NCBI GenBank assembly: GCA_029866155.1
Contig: JARWZW010000048.1
Coordinates: 13,857-77,856 of the forward strand
Direction: 5' to 3'
Origin: Caulobacter sp.
GTDB taxonomy: Bacteria; Pseudomonadota; Alphaproteobacteria; Caulobacterales; Caulobacteraceae
DNA: 64,000 bases
The number at the start of each line of letters is the position of its first letter. The first letter of the stretch is position 1. The notes under the pieces are model-generated. The model was given only the letters and a program-made list of their open reading frames with translations, was not told the DNA's origin and searched no databases. The position numbers and the translations under genes were made by a program. Below are positions 57,071 to 64,000 of this stretch, piece by piece.

Positions 57071-57197
57071 CCTCGGGCGAACGAGGCGACAGCGACGACC
57101 TTCCCAGGGCGGGCGCTCCTCACAATGAGGTGATCTCCCGCCCCGGACCGGAATAATCGGCCGGGGAGCGCGTTGTGGCTAACAGGGAGAGTTGACC

Positions 57198-57680
57198 ATG
57201 GCCCGATCCTTCGCATCAGCAGTGGCCGTAGCCTTGGCCATCCCGCTCGTCCTGGGCAGTTGCATGGCCCCGCTGCAGCCTCACCCGGCGCCCGGCGGCA
57301 TGACCTGGAGCCTGCATGAAACCCGCGAGGAGGGGGTCAAACTGGCCTTTGGCGCTCCGGCCTCGGACAGTGTCGTTCTGATGATGACCTGCCTGCCCAA
57401 GAGCGATCATGTCGTGCTCTCGGCAGAGGTCCGGCAACCTGAGACGCAGCTGGTTCTCGCGTCCGGCAAGTCGCAGACCCGGATTCAAGCCATCGCCACG
57501 CCGGGTCCCGGTGATTTTCAGATCCTGGAGGCCAGGGGCTCGACCCGGGACAGGGCGCTTGTCGCCTTTGCCGCCACGGGCCAGCTTTCCTTGATTCAGA
57601 CGGACCGGATCCTGCCCCTGACCGCGTCCGGTCCGGCGCGGTCCAGCGTCAGCAGATTCTTCGCAGCCTGCCGGGCCTAG
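57198..57680 (+). CDS. Hypothetical lipoprotein
   Basis: GGGAG SD, lipobox LGSC, terminal CxA. Confidence 0.7.
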   Translation: MARSFASAVAVALAIPLVLGSCMAPLQPHPAPGGMTWSLHETREEGVKLAFGAPASDSVVLMMTCLPKSDHVVLSAEVRQPETQLVLASGKSQTRIQAIATPGPGDFQILEARGSTRDRALVAFAATGQLSLIQTDRILPLTASGPARSSVSRFFAACRA

Positions 57681-57694
57681 GGCCTGTTCCGGCG

Positions 57695-59611
57695 TCAGGC
57701 CCGCCGACCGGCAGAGGCCAGATTGTCGAGACCCAGGGCCGAAAGCCCGGCGGCGGTTATCCCATTGGCATCCAACCCGGCGGCGGCATACATCAGATCC
57801 GGTTTGTCATGATCCTGGAAGACATCCGGCAGAACCAGGGTGCGGACCTTCAGGCCCTTGTCCAGGGCGCCGTGCTCGGCCAGGGCCTGAAGCACGAAGG
57901 CGCCAAAGCCCCCCATGGATCCTTCTTCGACGGTGATCAGGGCCTCATGCTCCCGGGCCAGCCGCAGAATCAGGTCGATATCCAGAGGTTTGGCGAACCG
58001 GGCGTCGACAACCGTGGCCGACAGGCCGCGCGCGGCAAGCTGGTCCGCCGCCTTGAGGCTCTCGGTCAACCGGGTTCCAAACGAGAGGATGGCCAGGGCC
58101 GTTCCTTCCCGCACAACGCGGCCGCGCCCGATCTCCAGGGGTTCGGCGATGGCCGGCATGTCCAGGCCGAGGCCCTCACCCCGGGGGTAGCGGAAGGCGC
58201 TGGGACGATCGTCGATCTGAGCCGCCGTGGCCACCATCCGGGCCAACTCGACCTCATCCGACGCAGCCATGAGCACCATGCCTGGCAGGGCGCCCATGAA
58301 GCCGATGTCGAAACTGCCGGCGTGGGTCGGTCCATCCGCCCCCACCAGCCCGGCCCGGTCCATGGCGAACCGCACCGGCAGGCGCTGGATGGCCACGTCA
58401 TGGACGACCTGATCGTAGCCCCGCTGCAGGAAGGTCGAATAGATCGCCGCAAACGGTTTCATGCCGTCGGCAGCCAGTCCGGCCGCAAAGGTCACGGCGT
58501 GCTGTTCGGCGATCCCCACATCGAAACAGCGGTTCGGAAAGGCCCTGGCGAAGATATCAAGGCCCGTGCCGGAGGGCATGGCGGCGGTGACGGCCATGAT
58601 CCGGTCGTCCCGCTCGGCTTCCTTGACCAGGCTCTGGGCGAAGACCTTGGTATAGCTCGGCGGTCCGGCTGCGGCCTTGGCCTGTTCGCCGGTCACCACA
58701 TTGAACTTGACCACCCCGTGATACTTGTCCGCCGCGTTTTCGGCCGGGGCATAGCCCTTGCCCTTCTGGGTCACCACATGGACGAGGACCGGTTTGCCGG
58801 TGATCTCGCGGACATTTTCCAGCACCGGCACAAGGGCGTCGAGGTCATGTCCGTCGATCGGACCGACATAGTGGAAACCCAGTTCCTCGAAGAAGGTGCC
58901 GCCCGTCACCATGCCCCGCGCATATTCCTCGGCCTTGCGCGCCGCCTCCTGCAGCGGCTTGGGCAGCGCCCGGGAAATCGACTTGCCCAGGTTGCGCAGC
59001 GACTGATAGCCGCCGGATGAGACCACCCGGGCGAGGTAGGCGCTCATGCCCCCGACCGGCGGCGCAATGGACATGTCATTGTCGTTGAGAATGACGATCA
59101 GCTGATCGGTGGTCTCGGCTGCATTGTTCATGGCCTCATAGGCCATGCCGGCGCTCATCGAGCCGTCGCCGATGATGGCGATCACCTTGTTGTTGTCGCC
59201 CCGGGCGTCACGGCCCGCGCAGAATCCCAGGGCCGCCGAGATTGAAGTGGCTGCATGGGCCGCGCCGAAGGCGTCATAGGGACTTTCAGCCCGCTTGGTA
59301 AAGCCAGACAGCCCGCCGCCCTGCCTCAGGGTGCGGATGCGGTCGCGACGACCGGTCAGGATCTTGTGAGGATAGGCCTGGTGGCCAACATCCCAGATGA
59401 TGATGTCCCGCGGCGTTTCGAAGACATGATGCAGGGCGACGGTCAGTTCCACCACGCCCAGCCCGGCCCCGAGATGGCCGCCCGTCTCGGAAACCGCATC
59501 GATGGTCTCGGCCCGCAATTCGCTGGCCAACTGCTTGAGCTGGGCAAGAGAAAAGGCCCGGGTGTCCTCGGGCAGGGAGACGGTGTCGAGCAGCGGTGTC
59601 ACAGAGGGCAT
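57695..59611 (-). CDS. dxs: 1-deoxy-D-xylulose-5-phosphate synthase
   Basis: [28 protein letters not shown]...NDN TPP motif, IAEQHA, DRAG. Confidence 0.98.
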   Translation of the reverse strand: MPSVTPLLDTVSLPEDTRAFSLAQLKQLASELRAETIDAVSETGGHLGAGLGVVELTVALHHVFETPRDIIIWDVGHQAYPHKILTGRRDRIRTLRQGGGLSGFTKRAESPYDAFGAAHAATSISAALGFCAGRDARGDNNKVIAIIGDGSMSAGMAYEAMNNAAETTDQLIVILNDNDMSIAPPVGGMSAYLARVVSSGGYQSLRNLGKSISRALPKPLQEAARKAEEYARGMVTGGTFFEELGFHYVGPIDGHDLDALVPVLENVREITGKPVLVHVVTQKGKGYAPAENAADKYHGVVKFNVVTGEQAKAAAGPPSYTKVFAQSLVKEAERDDRIMAVTAAMPSGTGLDIFARAFPNRCFDVGIAEQHAVTFAAGLAADGMKPFAAIYSTFLQRGYDQVVHDVAIQRLPVRFAMDRAGLVGADGPTHAGSFDIGFMGALPGMVLMAASDEVELARMVATAAQIDDRPSAFRYPRGEGLGLDMPAIAEPLEIGRGRVVREGTALAILSFGTRLTESLKAADQLAARGLSATVVDARFAKPLDIDLILRLAREHEALITVEEGSMGGFGAFVLQALAEHGALDKGLKVRTLVLPDVFQDHDKPDLMYAAAGLDANGITAAGLSALGLDNLASAGRRA

Positions 59612-59758
59612 GAATCGGCAGTCCGTTTTCAGGCTGGGGCCGAACAGGACCCAACGTTATCTCTCAACCTAGCGGTCAATCGTCAGAGTGCAAACCGATC
59701 GGCGCGCAGATGCGAAGGATTTCCCGTCAGCTTTCCGCCCAGCGCAGAAACCCGGCGG

Positions 59759-60646
59759 CTAGTTACGGCGGCCGAGGACAATATCCACCGATCCCCTGAG
59801 GACGGCCGCCCTCTCGCCGAAACCATCCAGATGGGCCCGTGTCTGGTCCGCCAGCAGCTCTACCCGCTCCTTGGCTGCATCCAGCCCGAGCAGAGTCACA
59901 TAGTTGGCCTTGCCCCTGGCTGCATCCTTGCCGCCAGCCGCCTTGCCCAGGGTTTCGGGGTCTCCTTCGGCGTCCAGGACGTCATCGACGATCTGATAGG
60001 CCAGCCCCAGATCCTGGGCGAACGCCATCAGGGCGTGCCGCTCTGCATCCTTGGCATGGGCCATGATCAGCGGAATCTCGAAGGCGTAGGCAATCAGGGC
60101 GCCGGTCTTGAGCCGCTGCATCCGGGCCACGCCGCCCAGATCGTCACGGACGCCCAGGATATCGATCATCTGGCCGCCAGCCATTCCCAGGGCGCCCGAG
60201 GCGGTGGCCAGACGGCGGACCAGTTCAGCCCGGACTGCGCCGTCCGGGTGGGTGTCGGGATGAGCCATGATCTCGAAGGCTGCGGACTGCAGCGCATCGC
60301 CGACCAGAACGGCGGTCGCCTCATCATACTCGATATGGACGGTCGGCCGACCGCGGCGCATGTCGTCATCGTCCATGCAGGGCAGATCGTCATGCACCAG
60401 ACTATAGGCGTGGATGCATTCCAGGGCGCAGGCTGCCCGCAGCACCGGCCGCTCGGGCAGATCGAACATCTTGCCGGTTTCCAGGGCGAAGAAGGGTCGC
60501 AGCCGCTTGCCGGGGCCAAGGGCCGCGTAACGCATGGCTTCGGTCAGCCGTTGCTCCGGGCCCTCCGCACGCGGCAGAAGAGCGTCAAGCGCGACCGTGA
60601 CCAGGTCGGCGGCTTCGGCGATCTGGCGTTCCAGAGCAGCGGTCAT
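59759..60646 (-). CDS. ispA: Farnesyl diphosphate synthase
   Basis: [35 protein letters not shown]; xseB-ispA-dxs order. Confidence 0.93.
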   Translation of the reverse strand: MTAALERQIAEAADLVTVALDALLPRAEGPEQRLTEAMRYAALGPGKRLRPFFALETGKMFDLPERPVLRAACALECIHAYSLVHDDLPCMDDDDMRRGRPTVHIEYDEATAVLVGDALQSAAFEIMAHPDTHPDGAVRAELVRRLATASGALGMAGGQMIDILGVRDDLGGVARMQRLKTGALIAYAFEIPLIMAHAKDAERHALMAFAQDLGLAYQIVDDVLDAEGDPETLGKAAGGKDAARGKANYVTLLGLDAAKERVELLADQTRAHLDGFGERAAVLRGSVDIVLGRRN

Positions 60647-60698
60647 TGACAGCCCCCCTGACCACTGGACAGGGCCTGGCCGGCGGCTTCGACAGACA

Positions 60699-60947
60699 TC
60701 AGCTGAAATCCGCGGGTTCGACGCCGGTGGCGACGCCCTGGGCAAGGACCACCTTTTCCACCCGAAGGCGCGCCGCTTCCAGCTTTCGCTCGCAATGGGC
60801 CTTCAACAGCGCCCCCCGCTCATAGACGGAAATCGACTCCTCGAGTGGCGCCTGGCCGGATTCGAGGGTCTGGACGATGGATTCCAGCTCTCGCAAGGCC
60901 GCTTCGAAGCTCAGGGCCTCGATGGCCGGATCAGCAGGGGTGGTCAT
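60699..60947 (-). CDS. xseB: Exodeoxyribonuclease VII small subunit
   Basis: [17 protein letters not shown]...LEESI..YERG..L. Confidence 0.95.
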   Translation of the reverse strand: MTTPADPAIEALSFEAALRELESIVQTLESGQAPLEESISVYERGALLKAHCERKLEAARLRVEKVVLAQGVATGVEPADFS

Positions 60948-61013
60948 GTCGGGAATCCATCTTGGCCTGCCAACCTAGAGGGGGCGCGCCGGAGCGGCAA
61001 CCTTCACCAGCCT

Positions 61014-61661
61014 TCAGCGGCGTTCAAACTTTCGGGCGCTCCAGTAGGAAAACCCGGGATCCTCGACACATCGCCAGCCCCGCCGGACCAGCGCCGCCCC
61101 GACCCGCTGATTGAAATAACCATGGGCCACGACCAGGACCTTCTGCCCCTGCTCGGCCAAGCCGCAGATCATGGCCGCCGCCTCATCGGCGCGCTGCTCG
61201 GCCTGGCGGTGGGTTTCGTCAGCGCCATGCCCATCTGAAAGCACCCAATAGACCCGGGCGACGACTCCCCAGGTGCGGGGCAGCAGCCGCAGCCAGCGCG
61301 GCCAGGGTGGCGGCGGCAAGGGAGCCTCGACAAATATCGGGTGCTGGACGAAGACCCGGTCGCCGGCCACAGCGCTGGCGGTTTCGATCGCCCGATTGCG
61401 GATCGAGGCGATGATGGTGTCGGCGTCCCGGGCCGCGGCCTTCAGCTTTTCAGGCGCTGTCTGGCCGGGCTTTATCCCCTTGACCTCATAGCCTGCCCAC
61501 CAGTCGCGGTACTCTTCGGCGTTCATACGACTGGTGCGGGGCTGGGCGGGTTCGCCATGCCGGGCCAGAATCACCCATCCGCATCGGGCCGCGATTGCGC
61601 CCTCGGCGGCATCTGCGCTTGCCGGCTGCGTCGGCTCTGCTGTGGTCAGTGCGTCGGCCAT
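61014..61661 (-). CDS. Histidine phosphatase superfamily protein
   Basis: LARHGEP and VLVVAHG motifs. Confidence 0.8.
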   Translation of the reverse strand: MADALTTAEPTQPASADAAEGAIAARCGWVILARHGEPAQPRTSRMNAEEYRDWWAGYEVKGIKPGQTAPEKLKAAARDADTIIASIRNRAIETASAVAGDRVFVQHPIFVEAPLPPPPWPRWLRLLPRTWGVVARVYWVLSDGHGADETHRQAEQRADEAAAMICGLAEQGQKVLVVAHGYFNQRVGAALVRRGWRCVEDPGFSYWSARKFERR

Positions 61662-61710
61662 GGTTCCCGGTGACGACCTGTGTTCATGGGTGACGAGCCC
61701 CCCGGCCGCA

Positions 61711-62631
61711 TCACGGCGCCTGCAGCGCCAGCAGATGCGCCACGGCAGAACGCCCCAGCGCTTCAAGGTCGTATCCGCCCTCGAGGGAGGATACAATACG
61801 CCCTCTAGCATGTGTGTTCGCCACCGCCACCACGGCGCGGGTCGCCCAGGCGAAATCTTCCGCCTCCAGCGACTGGTGCGCCAGAGGATCGCGAGCGTGG
61901 GCGTCGAACCCCGCCGAGATCAGGATGAGCTCCGGGGCGAAGGCGTCGAGGGATTGCATCAGGCCTTCAAACGTCGCGCGCCAGGCTTCGCGAGGGGCAT
62001 GGGGGGCGACCACGCCATTGACGATATTGCCGACGCCGATCTCCGAAGGGTCCCCCGTGCCGGGATAGAGCGGATGCTGGTGGATCGAGGCCAGGAACAG
62101 GTCGGGATCGTTTTCGAACGCAGCCTGGGTGCCATTTCCGTGATGGACATCGAAGTCGACCACAGCGACCCGTCCGATTCCCTCTGCCTGGGCGGCCCGC
62201 GCCGCCAGGGCGACATTGGAGAAGACACAGAAGCCCATGGCGGCCCCGGGCTCGGCATGATGCCCGGGCGGCCGCACGGCGCAGAAGGCGCGATCCGCTT
62301 CGCCCCGCGCCACACTGCGGGCCGCCGCCATCGACCCGCCGGCCGCACGCAAGGCCGCCCTGATGCTGCCCGGCGACAGGAAGGTGTCTGGATCCAGCTG
62401 GCGGACGCCCTGTCCTGGCGCGGCCTGCAACATCGCCTCGACATAGGCGGATGGATGGACAGCCAGAAGGTCCGAAACCTCGGCCAGCGGGGCCTCCAGC
62501 GTCTGCAGATCCAGCCGGCCTTCGTCGGCCAGTGCGTCAAGCACAGCTATCAATCGTTCCGACCGCTCGGCATGACCATCGCCCGGGTGATGGTCCAGCA
62601 TCTGCGGATGGGTGTAGAGGGCGAGAGTCAT
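61711..62631 (-). CDS. Histone deacetylase family (Zn-dependent) protein
   Basis: HAERSERL, RPPGHHA, GFCVFSN, DFDVHHGNGTQ, SAGFDAH, SLEGGY. Confidence 0.93.
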   Translation of the reverse strand: MTLALYTHPQMLDHHPGDGHAERSERLIAVLDALADEGRLDLQTLEAPLAEVSDLLAVHPSAYVEAMLQAAPGQGVRQLDPDTFLSPGSIRAALRAAGGSMAAARSVARGEADRAFCAVRPPGHHAEPGAAMGFCVFSNVALAARAAQAEGIGRVAVVDFDVHHGNGTQAAFENDPDLFLASIHQHPLYPGTGDPSEIGVGNIVNGVVAPHAPREAWRATFEGLMQSLDAFAPELILISAGFDAHARDPLAHQSLEAEDFAWATRAVVAVANTHARGRIVSSLEGGYDLEALGRSAVAHLLALQAP

Positions 62632-62656
62632 TCCCCCACTATAGCCACCCGGACTC

Positions 62657-63187
62657 ATGCCCACACCCATCATTCGTCGCGCCGGACCCGCGGACGCCGA
62701 GGCCCTGAGCCAGATCGGCGCTGAAACCTTCACCGAGACCTTCGCCCATCTCTATCCGCCAGAGGATCTGGCGGACTTTTTGCCCTATGCCTACGGGCTG
62801 GGGCGCACCCGGTCGGACCTTGCCGACCCGGCCAAGGCCCACTGGCTGGTCGAGGCCGAAGGCCGGGCCGTGGGCTATGCCCTGGCCGGGCCCTGCGACC
62901 TGCCTCATCCGGAAGTCACGCCCGACTGCGGAGAGCTCAAGCGGCTCTATCTGCTCAAGGCCTTTCAGGGCGGCGGCGCCGGCCGCCAATTGCTGGAAGA
63001 GGCTCTTGCCTGGCTGCAGGATCAGGGGCGTCAGGGGCTGTGGATCGGCGTCTGGTCGGAAAACCACGGCGCACAGCGCCTCTATGGGCGGCTCGGCTTC
63101 GAAAAGGTCGGAGAATACGGCTTTCCGGTGGGCAAGACCCTGGACCGCGAGTTCATCCTGCGAAGAACAGCCGCCGCCTCGGCTTGA
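62657..63187 (+). CDS. GNAT N-acetyltransferase (PaiA-like)
   Basis: ELKRLYL...QGGGAG..LL, VWSENHGAQRLYGRLGF. Confidence 0.88.
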   Translation: MPTPIIRRAGPADAEALSQIGAETFTETFAHLYPPEDLADFLPYAYGLGRTRSDLADPAKAHWLVEAEGRAVGYALAGPCDLPHPEVTPDCGELKRLYLLKAFQGGGAGRQLLEEALAWLQDQGRQGLWIGVWSENHGAQRLYGRLGFEKVGEYGFPVGKTLDREFILRRTAAASA

Positions 63188-63228
63188 TCCGCGGCTTTCG
63201 GGCCGCCGCTTTCGTGTTAGGAGCGGCT

Positions 63229-64000
63229 ATGGACCGTCCTGAAACGGATTTCGACGTCATCATTGCCGGCGGCGGTCTTGCCGGAGGCTTGATTGCGCTC
63301 AGGCTGGCGGCCCGGCGACCCGAGCTTCGGGTGCTGATCCTTGAAGCCGGCCCGGTCCTGGGCGGCGTACACACCTGGTGCTGCTTCGAGACAGACCTGC
63401 CGCCGGATATCCGACACTGGATCGCGCCGCTGCTGAGCCATCGCTGGCCGCAATACGAGGTGCGGTTTCCGGCCCATGCCCGCAGCCTGACGACCCCTTA
63501 TCTTTCCATTGCCTCGGGTCATTTCGCCGTGGAAGTGGCCGAGGCCCTCGGCGCAAGGGCCTGGACCGGATCCCCGGTGGCCGACCTTGACCATGGCCGG
63601 GTGGTCCTGGCCGACCAGAGGGTGCTGACCGCAAGGACCGTGATCGACGCCCGGGGGCCAGCCGCCGGCGACGCCCTGGTCATGGGCTGGCAGAAATTTC
63701 TCGGGCATGAGGTCGAGCTGTCAGAGCCCCATGGCCTGACGGGCCCGATCGTCATGGACGCCACGGTCGACCAGCTGGACGGCTACCGTTTTCTGTACGT
63801 CCTGCCCTTTTCCGATACCCGGCTGCTGATCGAAGACACCCGTTACAGCGATGGAGAATCGCTGGACCGGGACCAGATCCGCGAGGACCTGACGGCCTAT
63901 ATCCGGCAGCAGGGCTGGAGCATTCGTGACCTGCTCCGCGAAGAACATGGTGTGCTGCCGATCGCCCTGGGAGGCGACATCGATCGATGGTGGCGCGAAA
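63229..64000 (+). CDS. crtY: Lycopene beta-cyclase (runs off window end; absent from ORF track)
   Basis: Manual translation: MDRPETDFDVIIAGGGLAGGLIA...GGVHTW...WQKFLG...PIVMDATVDQLDGYRFLYVLPF...LLIEDTRYSDG; I read it open through DTRYSDG and did not check the last ~150 nt codon by codon. Confidence 0.93.
   Translation, partial: MDRPETDFDVIIAGGGLAGGLIALRLAARRPELRVLILEAGPVLGGVHTWCCFETDLPPDIRHWIAPLLSHRWPQYEVRFPAHARSLTTPYLSIASGHFAVEVAEALGARAWTGSPVADLDHGRVVLADQRVLTARTVIDARGPAAGDALVMGWQKFLGHEVELSEPHGLTGPIVMDATVDQLDGYRFLYVLPFSDTRLLIEDTRYSDGESLDRDQIREDLTAYIRQQGWSIRDLLREEHGVLPIALGGDIDRWWRE

Noticed and set aside
1-64000. Mobile elements, prophage, tRNA/rRNA, defence systems
   Set aside because: No transposase, integrase, phage structural, cas or restriction motifs were seen in any translation. 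No tRNA cloverleaf was seen in the intergenic gaps by eye; a tRNAscan/Infernal run would be needed to exclude small RNAs.

Overview
A GC-rich, gene-dense core-genome window from an alphaproteobacterium of the Caulobacteraceae (Caulobacter/Phenylobacterium-like, inferred from the pleC-type kinase, ftsN-type SPOR gene, CtrA box and flagellar gene set). From start to end it holds: the 5' end of the dcw cluster (mraZ-rsmH-ftsL-ftsI-murE-murF); RNase P RNA; a tightly coupled crtE-ABC ATPase-ABC permease-crtZ operon; a GST(nonsense-interrupted)-Nudix-methyltransferase run; a 3D-domain protein; a Sel1/beta-helix pair resembling the stalk crossband genes stpAB; two acyl-CoA dehydrogenases; an RTX protein; pepN; pleC; alr-radA-cvpA-purF; yfgM-bamB-der; dgt-ftsN-nagZ-scpAB-tatABC; erpA; xth; two abutting flagellar loci; dxs-ispA-xseB; an HDAC-family and a GNAT gene; and the start of crtY. 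I found no tRNA, rRNA, CRISPR array or transposase. The best candidate for an undescribed system is the ABC-2 exporter translationally coupled between two carotenoid genes. Other notable items are LexA-type boxes plus four MraZ boxes in the dcw promoter, a 13-bp tandem repeat built on GANTC sites, a premature stop in the GST gene, and stpAB-like genes without an adjacent stpC. No database searches were run. Family calls come from motifs read in the translations, and comparisons with C. crescentus gene order are from memory and need checking.
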